In this document: in pieces, positions 1 through 13,147 of the stretch
Numbering within the stretch: position 1 is the first letter of the stretch
How the letters are laid out: each line of letters starts with the position of its first letter
Assembly: GCA_013239625.1 (NCBI GenBank)
Contig: MU054187.1
Location: 10,251,231-10,315,230 of the forward strand
Reading direction: 5' to 3'
Source of the DNA: Lama guanicoe
Lineage: Eukaryota
Length of the DNA: 64,000 nt
Program-made: the position numbers and the translations under genes
Notes under the pieces: generated by a model
What the model was told of the DNA's origin: nothing
Database searches by the model: none
What the model saw: the letters and a program-made list of their open reading frames with translations, nothing else

Positions 1-299
1 ACTGGCTCAGATCACTCCCTAATGAATATAAGTTAGGTGGTCCTGGGACTTTGCACAAATTGTTTACAGCTGTATCTGTGGTACTTCGAAGGGCGCCTGG
101 AACACTGCAGGTGCTTAATGTTGAAAGAATGACACAACTGCTGAAGAGGGTAGCCTCTTGTTGGCAGGACAAGATGTATGTGTAGGAAACAGAAAGAATC
201 ATGCAATCCATCTTGGCTCTCGGAGTAAAGCTCGCAGAATTCTGAAGTGGTCAAACTCAGATTTCCCCCTCTATTCTCTGCCTCTTTCTCTCCTAAAAC

Positions 300-318
300 T
301 GTGTGTGTGTGTGTGTGT
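300..318. repeat. (TG)n microsatellite
   Basis: tgtgtgtgtgtgtgtgtgt seen directly. Confidence 0.95.
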
Positions 319-3300
319 AGCCTATGCTTCAACTGGGACACAAACTGAGCAGTGGCCACTAAAGCCTATTCCTAATTTTTTTTAATATGTTGTATATTTT
401 TAAAAAATGTTTTGGAGATACAGGTCTGCATCTAAGATGCTAGTTTATTTAATTCAGGCTTCCTACTTGTGCAAGGATACTGAATTTACGAAACTGAATT
501 CTTCTCTTACATGAGGGCGTTCTCAAGGTCACAGGAAGAGCGGTGCAGGGCTGCATCAGATGCACAGAATGTTCATGTAACATCATGCCAGCTAATTCAT
601 TATACCCATCACTATCCATCAGAAGGGATATGTGTCTGTTTTCAACCCCTATCCCTGCATGAAGTGAATTTTCTAATTTAAAAAGGCTTAATTCAGCTCA
701 TTTTACACGTTAAGTATGATGTCACTGTATTTTAATTAGTGATTAAAACTGCCCATGTAATTCTGTGGGTTTTCTAAGACGTAAAATGATCCATAAAGTG
801 GCAATATGACCATCCTAATTAAGCAGTAATCAGAGCCATCATCGCAAACAACAAAGGGTAAGGCTGCTGTCCTTTAAAGGAATTTCATAAGGATTATTTG
901 ACTCAGTGTCAAAAATATTTACTGAGAAACGAATTGAGAACCACAGTGTGGTCTCCAGTTCAGTTAGTATGTAATATTTGGTCAGATCAGTCACGCCATT
1001 TGAATGAAAGCTGGAGACAGAAACCTAAATCAAAACGACCCCCAAACAAACCTATTGGTTAATGGAGAGCAGGTGGGAAACAATTAGAGACACGATCTGG
1101 GATCATGCCGGGTCTTTTTCTTTTGGGAGGATCTTGGTTGGTAGGTATGCTGTAAACCACTGTAGAAGCCCCCTCGAAACCCAGATGCAGGGCTTGTGTG
1201 CAAACACTTCAAAGGGGGAGGGCTGGAAGGGTAATGGGACACATAAAAATAAAAATGACGAGGAAGGTTCTGTCGGCGGTATGTGATTAAAAAACCCCAT
1301 ACAGTCCTGGCAGAGTGCGCTTATTTCTGAAAATGACACTCACTTTGAAGTCTGTCCTTTGAGTCAGACCTCTGTTGGGCTAAGGGCCTCCCTCACTGCT
1401 GACATGATGGATCAAAGGAAGCACCTTGCCCTGCATGTGCGGTGCACGGCCAGCTCGAGACACTAGAAATAGAGCAGCAGAGCAGCTAATGGACACGGAG
1501 CCAAAGTCCTACACAGAAACCTCACTCTTTCTGCTTTTCAAAGGATGAACTGCTTTGAAAAAGACCTTTAGGACAGCAAATTTAATGGTGTTACTTGTCA
1601 TGTTGCTGTTAGTTTTTTCCAAGGGAAAAACAATAGCAAATGATTCATTGGTATCAATCAACCACCGGGAAACCTTCGAAAATATGGCTTGACTTGTCAT
1701 GCAAGTTTGTTCCAGGCACCTGGGCTCTGAGGGGGATGACGTGTCTCTGAAATGCCATCTTCATTTTGCCAGAGTTTTCAGAGAACACCAGGCTCCTTGT
1801 GCAACACTCTGGAGAAGGCCTCCTGCAGACACTCGGATAGCAAGTCACCGGACAAGTGAACCTTCCTTTGCCGTTGTCAAGACCAAACTACATTTGCAGA
1901 GAGAATTTCACCCGTAAATGGTTACAGCTGATTCACGATTTTTCATTTCTTTGCCAGACACCCAAACGGCTTTTGAAAAGCCTTCTAGGGCAGAAGCAAA
2001 TCCTCACTTCTGGAAAAGTTGCCCGAATCTGGTGGGAGGTAACAGCCAGTCTTCCCCTCCTCTCCCTGCTCGGGGCTCCCCGGCTCCCACTGTTGCTTTC
2101 CTGAGACTCCTCCTTGGTGTCCTGTAGAAGAGGAGCGTCTTCCTCCAACGAGAATGCTATTTGGGTATAATGACAGCTGTCCTGTGCTGACCTCGTAGTC
2201 ACTCTCCCTCCTGCACTGGGATGGGGCACCTCCTCACGGCCTGCAGTCAGCACCCCACCTGCAGACAACACCCCAGAAGCCATCAGCGTCCATATCTGAC
2301 ACCTGAGCCTTCACCATCTTGACTCCAATGACTGGAATCTCAAAATATTTTTGTTTTAACTATTAAAAAAATATAAAAAACATTTTTAGTTTGAAGGCTA
2401 GACAAAAACTGGTGGCAGCTTTTGCCCCAGACTATGGTTGCTGATCTCTGTTCTAAAGTACGCTCAGGAGAGACCTAAGATGAGGCGGAAGGCAGGTCTA
2501 GATGGACACCACTGGTCTGTTCTACATTTCTATGCAGAGGGTGTTTCTCAAGTTATAGGGGATATTGTGTATCAACTTCTAGGCAGGCATCATGCTGAGG
2601 ATCTAAAACACTGTTTGGGGGGTCTCCTACCTCAGAGTGTTCAAGAACCACATTAACACCTTCCAGACCCACTTTTGATTGGCTCTTGGTGGTCTGGCTT
2701 GGCTATTGCTCTGGATCAAGATCTGGTCTTACAGAGACACAGAACCAACATAGCGCTGTGGGCACAACCCAATTTGGTACATCACCATTGGCAGTCAAGC
2801 AGGTGGCACCTCGAGTGTCAGGATGAACTGGCCAGTCCTGCTGTCTGTACGTGGTGTCCTTCCTGTCACTGCGCTCCTCATAGGTCCCTCTTATTGTCAT
2901 GAGTTTTGAAGTCCAAGAGGGTTTTTGCAGAAAGGATTAGTTTCAGTTACTTGCACTTTTAAGAAATATCAACTTGGTAATGTTCCCTAATTTAAAAACA
3001 TCCTTTTCATTAACTTTCAAATCCAACATACAAATTTTATTCTATTTGTAAATTCATATCTGAAATAACAGTTTTACCTTTCCTTGTCCTTTGATTAATG
3101 TTATTTAAGTGGCACAGGGTGAACATCCTGGAAGAGTCAGTCTTTAGTTTATCTCATTTGTTTAAACATGTTACATTGCATTTATAAATGTATTCAATGA
3201 ATTTTACTTCAAATGCTTGACCAGGCAAGTTTACTACCTCAACAGATAAATCCTGTCTGCATACTTAAACAACATAAATTAAACTTATAAATTTTAATAT

Positions 3301-3634
3301 AAACTATTAAACTTTTAAATATAGACTTAAGTTCTTCCAAACATTCTGTTATTGTTTACGAGTGTAGTTAAACTCCCTTCCAACTTTTAACTTAAAATCA
3401 CAAGTCTATAACCAATTATACATTTTAATTGGAATCGCCCTAACTAATCCATCAGATTCTCTGTCACATCAGAATCTCTTAAACATTACAAGCAAATAAA
3501 TATCAAACACACACAGAATGTCCCAATGAGTATAACACCTACACCTAAACTTAATCATCAAAGTACAAGTAATATGGGTCAATTTGCCTTTGTTCATTTT
3601 TAATTTTGAAGCAAGAAGATCTTACCTTTTAGGT

Positions 3635-3930
3635 CAAGGATTAGCAAACACAGCCCAGTGAAAATCTGGTCTGCTGCCTGTTTTGGTATGATCCCATGCT
3701 AGGAATGGTTTTTAACATTCTTAAATGTAAGTGGAAAAAAAAAAGTAAAAAAAAATTTCAGCATCCATAAATAAAGTTTTATGGGAACATAGTTACACTC
3801 ATTTGTTTAAATATTACCTATGACTGCTTTCAGGCTAAGACGTCAGTGTTGAGTGGTTAAGACAGAGACCATATGGCCCTTAAACCTAAAGCATTTACTC
3901 TCTGGCCCTTTATAGAAAATGTGCTCCCTG
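3635..3930 (+). mobile_element. MER58-type hAT-Charlie MITE (MER58B-like)
   Basis: Diagnostic segments 'ataaataaagttttatgggaacatag', 'gacagagaccatatggccc' and 'atttactctctggccctttatagaaaa', with degenerate terminal repeats. Confidence 0.8.
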
Positions 3931-5339
3931 CCTGCCTCCCTCTCTCTGTTTTTTTTTTTCTTTTTTGATGTAAGTCATGCTGTGCTTGAATTTCAAAATC
4001 CCAAATAAAGGATCATTATAGCAGAAAGTTTTGCCTGAGGGGTGTTTGTGGACTAAAGGCACAGAGCTTACAAAACTGTTTACACTCCACTCCTTACTCC
4101 ATTTACCCAGAGAACAGCCAACAGTAACGACTGAGGATAGGAAAGCAGGCGAGGGAAAGAGAAGAGAAATATTTTTTAGAGTAAGAAACTAGACATCCCT
4201 CCCCTCATACACCCAGGTACCCACCCACTTTACTCTGAAGAGCATCAAAGAACCATATGTCCTAGACAATTCAAATCATGTCAGATAGTGTTTAATACTG
4301 TAAAACTTTAAGTGAGAGGCAGTTTTTAGGTCATATGAACAGTTAGTAATACCAACTTAGACATGTTTTAATCTTTCCTGTTTAATATCACCACAAAGAC
4401 TGTTTCCTCCCAGAACCTCACTTTGCAAGAACAAGGATTTTCAAGAGAAGCCCATAAATAAATAGTAAACTTTGGTTGGTATTACAGTATTAATCAAATA
4501 TTTCTATAAAACTGAACAAGATCTAATACTTTAGAACTCTGGCCAACACTAGACTCTCTGGAGAACAGCGAGGCTCTGCAGCATACCTGAACATACAGGT
4601 ATGTAGTAAAATCTTGAGAATTTCCTGTAATTGCTGTACATGGAGAGAACCATTACAAGATAGCTGTGACACAGCTTATGGTTGAGTACAAATCCTCATG
4701 TGGAATCTCAGACATTTCGACTACACCTTTGCAAACGCTGTATAGGTAAGGTGCAGGAGGCTAGCTGTGCAGGGACAGGCAACATACATTGAAACATCTC
4801 ATAAAAACTAATTTCTCACTTGGCAGAACTTCTTTGTTCAGTATGAATATCACAAATCCCAACCCATACATATTTTTGAAATCCCTACCCCCACTACGGA
4901 TATATATTTAGATACCATATATAAAATGATATTTTCTACTTTTCATTAGATGAATATTTCCACATTTTTCCCAAAAGTGACCAAATCATAGTATCAGAGG
5001 CTCCATTATATTGTTAAGGTTCTTTGATAGTGCTGGAGATGTTTTGTGTCAAGTGTTTATTGAAACAACTTTTTAGCTGGCTGAGGTTTAAAATCTGACA
5101 CACACAATTGTTTCGGCAAAGCTATGGTCATATGAATGAGGTATGACCTGTCCTGTTAAGTAATTTTATGTCCTGTCTAAATTTTTAAAAATTGTTTTTT
5201 TGAAGATATGTGAAAGTTATTTTAAATTTGAGGGCCTGTGAAAACATAAGATATCTTTTGATATATCAAGTATCTCCTTTAAGAATTGGAAAACTCATTA
5301 TTTAGTCTATAATGTCTCTTTGAGTTAAACAGTTTGATT

Positions 5340-5960
5340 GTACACTATGTTGGCATGGATGTAGCAATATAGAAATTCTCAGGTATTTCTGGTAGGGGTC
5401 TGAACTGATAAAGTCTCAATGGAGAACAATTTGAAAAATATCTATAAATTAAACTTTTTGACCCAGGAATGCCATTTCTGAGAAATTATCCTACTTGTAC
5501 ATATGGGAAATGAATTTCCTATCAGGTTCTTCATTGCAACAATATTTATAATAGCACAAGATTGGAAGCAATCTTAATATCATCAGTAGAAGATCAGGTA
5601 AAGGCATTTGATATGTTCGCACAATGGAAGACTATGTAGCTATAAAAAATACGGGTATGTTGTGTATTTGGTTAGAGAATGATTGCTAAGATATCTTAAG
5701 TGAAGAGAGCAAGTAGTAGAACAGTGTGTATAGTTTTGTTATAATTTACACAATATCTTTATTTATTCTCTCCTCCCTGCCCCCACCCCCTTCCTGGATT
5801 TGTGCCAAATGTCCCTAAGAAACGTAACACTGGTTTTGCCTCTGTGGGAAGAATTGCATGACTAGAGGAGAGGAGGGGGAGTGAGATTTTTTACTGTGTC
5901 TCCTCTAAACATTTGGAATTTTGAACACTCTATCATGTTGTATATTCAAAAATAAATAAA
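5340..5960 (+). mobile_element. Ancient L1 3' fragment (L1ME-like)
   Basis: 'tttgacccaggaatgccatttctgagaaattatcct' and 'ttcattgcaacaatatttataatagcacaagattggaagcaa'; ends in an A-rich tail. Confidence 0.7.
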
Positions 5961-7929
5961 CCTGACTTTTAATGAGTCCCTCTGAACCTTATATATGTCA
6001 AGACAAAAAGGAATTGCTCATTAGAATAACTCTCATGTAATGAGATCCAGTACCCTAAACGTTTACTCCCCTTTAAACAGAAACGAAGCCGCTATCCTGT
6101 CCTTCATCTCATCAAGTTCTACATGAAGGTGTGGACTGTGATGCTCCACTGCCAGACCTAAGAGAAATAGAAATAAGAGCAAAACTGGACCATAACTACC
6201 CAACTTGGAGGGAGGTAGAATGAGGTCAGGTCAGCGCCTCAACCAAACCTTAGGAAATAAAGCTCCGTTTCTGCTTGGAGAGTAGCTGTGACTACATTCC
6301 CTAGCAGAAGATGAGATAAAACCTACCACAAACACTGCTTGTCACTTCTTTACCTGCTTGGGAGCCTTGAGAATTAAGTCAACTAACATTTTATCAAGAG
6401 TTTGGATTCCCTTGATAGCAAAGTGTTATAAAATGATTTTATAATCCTGCACTTTCTACATCTTACTTAAAAAAAGCTAATGTTCTCATGACAAGCAAGA
6501 AATTAAGTGTGACACAACACTGATCTTTAGGTGTCCATCCAGGAAAGAGATAAGTTCCTATTTTTGAGGTTTGATCTGCATTTTACATATTACATCCTTA
6601 AACAAAATGCTTTTAGTTCCAAGGATCATTCCGTCTCTATGAAACATCCTTCTATATCAGACAAGAATTGCATTCTTGAAATGTTTCTATTTTAATTACA
6701 CAGCATCACTTTGAGCTTGTAATTTACATGCATGTATTCTTTACCTCCCTGGTAGACATGGGTGCAGGATTTGTCCCAAACTGACTTAATTTTAGCAATT
6801 CTTCGTACAAAATTCTTTGAGGAGAACCATTTAGAAATTCATTTAACGTTTCATTAAATTACAAACTCATTTATTCTTGAAAGAGTTCGTTCTGTATTTT
6901 ATTACACTTCTTTCAGGATTATGGTTTTCCAAGAGGAATGAGGTTGTTACTAAAGGGAAGAAAGGATCTATAAATTTAAAATGAATGCTAGATGAAACTG
7001 ACAGTTGCTACAGCAGGTCCATGAATTTTTGTTAAACAACATTAAAGATAAACAATTATAGATTCTTAGAAGAGTATTGGGAACATTCAGATCTCTAGTG
7101 AATGTTGACTGAGTTTCCTTTAAGATACCCTAGAGTTGTGGTGGTGCATATTCAGTGAGATAGTCTGCAAAAAGTTTCCAGGCAAATCAGATTTTCCTTC
7201 CACCCTTTTCTACCCTTTTTTCCTTTGAGAATAACCAAGGTACTTGAATCACTGACCATTATGTTCTTTCTTACGCCTTCCTGTTAACCTCAGATTAAGT
7301 TGAACCTAAAACTCTGTAATTGATTTTGCTTTGTTTTTGCCTTGAAACTGTCTCATAAGTCTGTCTCTTATTGTCTCTACCATTAGGTCCCCTTGACTCC
7401 ATTTAAGCCTTTAGGTGTCATTAACATTTTTCATCTTTCTGATTAACAAACATACTACAAATCTTTTTAAAAAATGTATCCTTTGTATGTGAGGCACGAA
7501 AGGTAGATTTCTACATGGAAGGGGTGCATAAGCAGCAATTTGGCTGAAAAGAGTGAAAGGATGTTGAGAAACGTCAATTGTCAATATCAAAACAGGTCGG
7601 GTGGTGATAGAGGTCGTGTGGGGTTAAGGCAAAGAGAGCTACAACCCATTAACCTTAGGTTATCCTCATCAAATTGGGTTGTTCCCCAAAACTTGTAAGT
7701 GAATTAGAACATGTGTTTGAGTAAGAAAACCAGAACGTGAGAACAGATTGTGCAAGAGAATAACAAAGTTCTTCACAGGCACAAGAAGGAGAATGAATAC
7801 GGCACGTTGTGGCGGTTGGCAAAGCTTCTCCTGAGCCAGCATTTGGGACTGGCCCTTTTGACAGGTAAATAAGGAAGGAGGGGGGTATTCCCAAAGGTGT
7901 AGGAATAAAACTCACCCTCCCCTTTTTCA

Positions 7930-8080
7930 AGCCTTTGCTCAAATGTCATCTTTTCAATGATCTCTTTCCTCACCATTCTATTTAAAATTATATTGTATGC
8001 CTTTCAGCCCTCTTCTCTGCTTCACTTCCCCTACAACTATGACCGTCTAATGTTGACATGCTGTACTTTTCACTTCTTTT
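7930..8080 (+). mobile_element. L2 3' fragment
   Basis: 'ctcaaatgtcatcttttcaatgatctctttcctcaccattctatttaaaatt' resembles the L2 3' region. Confidence 0.55.
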
Positions 8081-8337
8081 GGGTCACGTCTGTGATATTT
8101 TGGGCCATCTCTCTGAAATTAGATAGCCTTTTAACCACAACCCTAAGTTCTTTCCTAGATGTCATTCTCAAATCTGTTTTATTATTATTTTTGGCTTCCT
8201 GGTCCTGGGCACTGCCTCCTCCCCAACTTAATGGAAGCCACTTTGAGGGCAGTGGAAACAGTAGGCTGGAGAGGGAAGGTAGAAAAGAAATTCACTTAAT
8301 CTAAGTCACTTTGCAGATCTGAGAACCCTTAAGGGAC

Positions 8338-8360
8338 TTTTTTTTTTTTTTTTTTTTTTT
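8338..8360. repeat. Poly(T) tract, 23 nt
   Basis: Seen directly. Confidence 0.95.
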
Positions 8361-8804
8361 GCTGGAAAAACCTTTTTCAGTCTTATTTTCTTGTGTTTAG
8401 GATCTACAAGCAGTCTGATTTTCTTGCCTTTTTCTACCAAGTCCTTTTCATTTCTGCTTGTGAACTGGTCAATTCCTGCCTGAACTCAGCTCCTTCGTGT
8501 GCTGTCTTTCTATAAATAGCAAACCAACTTGTGCTAAGAACCGACATGTGCTAAAATTCTGGGTGTTTGGAGCTAGTTTCCTCAGAGCTATGGGATCAAT
8601 AGACATGTTCTCTGCCTTCCCAGTTCAGCTGATAGTTTCACCAAATGCTCTCACACAACATCGGTCTTGCTCTTTCCAGACTGTGGTATCTCTGTTCTAC
8701 GTTCCTTCCACCTACCACCCAACTGCTAAGCTAATGCCGTGTATTTTTGTTTTTGTGAAGGTGGTGCTCTAATGTACCATCTTCAGTATTAGTTGTTTTG
8801 ACAC

Positions 8805-9396
8805 CGAAGGGCAGCAGAATATGCCAGCCCAAAATATGCGTGGAGGAGTTCAGGACATGCCACCTCCACATATGCTGCTGTGGTATGTTGATTATTTTAA
8901 GCCGTAGGCACTTGAACAATAGCAAATACAGGGAGAGGGTTTTCCTTTACTCTCCTTATCTGCCTAAAAACACATCCTCTTAAAACCACTCCTGTCAATT
9001 GTAATAACTCTCCTTCCCAGGAGTTCCATCAACCAGGGAAGACTGGGCCATCACAGGAGAGGAGACTGGAAATTGGTACTACAGCCAGACAAACTTTGTC
9101 ACAAATGATTATACCTCCCATCTATTCTCCTGAGGGCCAGTTCATCTTTCCCCCAAGTCATTTACTTGCCCCCAAGGGGCCTATATCCCCTCTTCCCATT
9201 CTCGGTTAGGATGGTATTTAAGTCTGAATGCTAAGCCACCCGGAGGAGTTGCTTTCCCCTGGGTATCTCCCATGTGTACATGAGGTGTACCTGTTAATAG
9301 ACTTCTATTTGTTTTTCTTTTGTTACCGCTTTTTATTACAGGGGTCTCAGCTAAGAACACAGAAAGGAGAAGGAAAATTATTCCTCCTTTCCTACA
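8805..9396 (+). mobile_element. ERV1 solo LTR (MER34/MER39-like)
   Basis: Starts 'gaagggcagcagaatatgccagcccaaaatatgc', has a TATA-like 'ggtatttaag', and ends 'ggggtctcagctaagaac...ttcctcctttcctaca' with terminal CA. Confidence 0.75.
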
Positions 9397-9399
9397 ATG

Positions 9400-9770
9400 C
9401 TCACATACCAAAAAGTGACTCCAATACAAGGGAGGTTTTTTCCTTTGCTCACTTAACAAAGGTGGGCATTTCTTGCTCGTGGGCAGCTTTCCTCTACTTA
9501 GTGATTCAGGGATCCAGAAATTTCCCACGTCATGGCTCCTCTATCCTTTTGGGGCGTGTCATTACCAACATCCAGGCAGCAGGAGAGGAAAGATGGTGTG
9601 AAGGGAAAGCTTCCTTTCTCTAAAGTTGTGGCCCAGAAATGGCCCACATCGCTTGCATATGGTCCATTGGTTCCATTGCGTACCTTCCAGACATATAGCC
9701 TCCCCCTTGGAGGTAGGTAGAGGAGGAAGAAGAGAAGACAGAATTTTGTTGCACAACTCACGGGCTGCCA
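9400..9770 (-). mobile_element. Old MaLR LTR fragment (MLT1K/L-like)
   Basis: 'tcagggatccag...catccaggcagcaggagaggaaag...cccagaaatggcccacatc...ccattgg' follows the antisense MLT1 pattern. Confidence 0.5.
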
Positions 9771-11369
9771 TACAAAGGTCACTCCAGGAATCTGTGAAGG
9801 CCCAGGTTCCCTGCATCCTCACAGGCACACCAGCTTACAGGTGTGTAACAACACTCCTTGTTTGTGATAAGCTCACATTTCACCGTGGTCTTTGGTGTTT
9901 CCCTTCTGTGCGATTTACAGTCTAAAAATTTGCAAGCGTTACTCTGCATTTGTCCTTAAGATAACTTTAATTTCTGTGTTTCTGAACCTTCTACGACTTA
10001 ATGGAAGTTGTCTGGAATTCTGATTATAACCCCTCAAGTAGCTGACTCCTCCTTCTCCACTGATGCCGCCCTCTGGCTTCTAGAGGCCATTAATCACAGG
10101 TCTGATGAAGAAAAAGAGGCTATGTGTCACTGGCCAGAGAGTTAACTTTTATGGCTAATATTTCTTACATTCCTTATCTGCGATCGAATCTACTTAGGGT
10201 TGTATGAGACAGACCTTAATTGTGAAAGTTATTAAGGAATAAATGATTCTAGGTGATTAAGTCCTGGGAAAGTCAACCTTTAGGATCTATCATTTATCTT
10301 GATCAACCTTGGTCAATTGATTTCTTGACCAATAAGGGCTCTTATTCTCCTGAAAGAGACCAGGGGACCCCAAGATATTTTACTATTCCAGAATCGATGT
10401 TGTGTTTCCTTTACAATCAGGGGATTGTTTTGCCCAGTGGTTTTTTCAAATGCACACGCTGAACAATAAGCTCTGTGATGCAGAGCCAACCTTAGGTTTG
10501 TTTGTTACAACGGAAACACCGCCCTCACTGCCATTATGTCTCCCCTCGTCTCTTAACTGTGCCTCCATTATTCACGTATTCATGGTAGAAAAATAAGTTT
10601 TTCATGTTTGATGTTAATTATTTAGATATACTAAGATGAAATGTGCTGAGATGGTTTGAAGACATTATTAATCGAGAAATAAAAAAGCGAGGCGGGTTGC
10701 TGGAGGCGGCAGGAGAGCTGACTGACGGCCGCCCTTACTGCTCTGGGGGAGGCTGTGAAGGGAGCCAGGTTGCCCGGGGCAAGCCCCCAGGCCTTCCACC
10801 CAGACTCCCCGCCTCAGCATGTCTGGCCTCCCAGTGTCCTTTCTTGCTCTCAGCTGGCCACCGAATCATCTCAGCAAAGTTTGTTTTAAAACTGATAGAA
10901 AAGATTTCAGGGGAAACTTCTTAAATCATGTTCAGAAGGAACCCTTTAAATTAAAAAAAATCTTCTGTGGAATGGAAAGTAGGATGGTTCCTTTTTTTTT
11001 TTTAAATCTACAAAACTGGGATAACAATATTTACACTGTGGGGGTTCCATGAGATAATGACTATTTGGTACTTGGCAGAGCGCTTGGCACACGGTTGGCG
11101 CAGAATCACGTTAAATCCCTTCTCTCTGCTTCTCTGGTGGGTAGGGTGATTTTATGTTGTTCCTCGATAGCTCCCCCTTGTCGTGACCTTTTTATTGTTC
11201 TTTACCCCTCTTTAGGTGGTGGGGTTCCGGAGAACAAGGGCCTTGATCCACCTTGTTAATTCCTGCATCTCTGGGGTTGGCAGAGGAGCTGTCAGTCATT
11301 AATACATGGCCTTTCAACTCCAAACCCAATGAATGACTTTTCATCTCGCTCCGTGATGCTGGAGCTGTA

Positions 11370-12337
11370 CCCTGTGAACATTTCTCCTTTGATTGGGTCA
11401 GTGTTAGGTTTGTCGAGAGAGGGCTGCAGAGGGTGAGACCCAGCAGAGGAAGGAGCGTCTTTCTCTGGTTCCCACGTGCTTTCTTCCCTCCTACGACACG
11501 GCTCCAGCTGGCACATGGGGGTCCCAGCTGTACTCATTGTCTGGCAAGTTCTTCTGACACCACAGCCAGCAGCTGCCTCTGGACCAGCCCTGGTCTGCTG
11601 GTGCCCTGGGCGTTTCTCCACCCCTCAGGGGGCCCCTGACTCCAACGTCGCCTGGGGTGGGGGTGGTGAAAAGGCTCTGTCAAGGTCTTAGTCCCTTCTT
11701 GTGTATTCTTTCTCATCCCCGTGAAGGAGAAGGAAATGAACTAACTTCCCTGATGCTAAAAATGCTGTTTCTTTCTAAGAAATTCTGCAGTTTGCTTTCT
11801 CTCCCTTACTGCTTTTGTGCTAGGCACCCCCTAGACTTCTCCCTGACGTGCTTTACAATCGTTTTATCCCAGAGGCAGTGCTCCAGGAAGAAGGCAATGG
11901 GCCGGTAATCTCAGAAGAATGGACAGACCCTCTGAGGTTCCCCATGACGCTGAGGTTACAAGGAAGGGAGCCGCACCCGTCAAGCGCCCTGATGGTCACC
12001 ACCTTTCCTGATCTGCCTAGTTTTTCTATAAGGTCTCATGATGGACTCACAGTCTCCAAGGCATGAGCCTGCTGGGATACCCCTTTGCCTGGCAAAGCAA
12101 CAAAGCTGCTCTTTCTCCCCCAAAACTCTGCCTCTGAGTCTCAGTGTAGTTTTCGGGGTGCAGAGGCCGGTTTTGCGACACCCCCCTGGGGTAGTAGTTG
12201 CTCTCTGCATTTGTATTTTCTCTCTCATGCCTTTTAGTAGTTGGGTCACCATTTACTAGTTACTACAACTTTATATAAAAATTTTCCTGTTCAAATTATT
12301 GGTGTGGTTCCTGTCTCCTGACTGGGTCCTGACTGAT
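11370..12337 (+). mobile_element. ERVL-class LTR (LTR41/LTR33-like), possibly in two pieces
   Basis: The 3' terminus 'taaaattttcctgttcaaattattggtgtggttcctgtctcctgactgggtcctgactgat' is typical of this group. The 5' boundary and continuity are uncertain. Confidence 0.5.
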
Positions 12338-12712
12338 TTTGTTGGCTGAACGAATAGGCTGTCTCCTCTGGGCCAGGCTCTGGATATGGTGGCTGGGGCT
12401 TAGGGCAAGGAGGGATGGGACTACTGAATGCGAGAAGAATACAGCCTGCCCTTTCCCTGTCCTCCCATCCAGTCACTCCTTTCCTGAGAGCCCAAGCCTT
12501 GCTCCCTCAGTCTTTCATAAGGCTCAGCTCAGTCCATCCACTCAGAGGCATCTTTGGCCTGTGATCCCAGCATTCTCTCCCTAAGGGAGTGAACAAACAA
12601 GACGTGTGATGTAACCTCTTAAGACCACTGATCCATGCACTGGGTCAGTACCTTCTCCCTGCTAGATTATGACCCATTCTCTCTGTATTTCTTTCTTCTT
12701 TCTCAAAAATAT

Positions 12713-13147
12713 AATGCTGCAAATGTCATTATTTAATTCTTTTTTATGGCTGAGTAGTATTCCATTGTATATGTATATGTATGTGTATACATATATATAT
12801 ACACACACACACACACAACTGCAACTTCTTTATCTAGCCATCTGTTGATGGACATTTAGGTTGGAAAGGGGGTAGGAAGGGATAAATTGGGAGTTTGAGA
12901 TTTGCAGATACTAACCACTATATATATATAATAGATAAAAACCCAGTTTATACTGTATAGCACAGAAAACTATTTCACTGAATATTGAAAAATAATGAAT
13001 AATTTTCATTATTCAATCTATAATGAAAAGAATATGCAAGGAAATATGTAGGTATACATATGACTGAAATATCATGCTGTATACCAGAAATTGATATAAC
13101 ATTGTAAACTGACTATATTTCAATTAAAAAATGGTTAAAAAATGCTG
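12713..13147 (+). mobile_element. Lineage-specific 5'-inverted, truncated L1
   Basis: Antisense L1 segment ~12720-12863 ('ttttttatggctgagtagtattccattgt...tctgttgatggacatttaggttg') is joined to a sense 3' UTR 12864-~13140 ('gggataaattgggagtttgagatttgcagatac...acattgtaaactgactat'). 'aatgctg' is present on both flanks. Confidence 0.85.

Noticed and set aside
2794..2812. Second CTCF-like motif (caagcaggtggcacc)
   Set aside because: Mismatch in the conserved CC of the core; weaker than the 22613 site.
10685..10865. GC/CpG-rich patch as a CpG-island promoter
   Set aside because: Under ~200 bp with modest CpG density and no associated exon or start signal.
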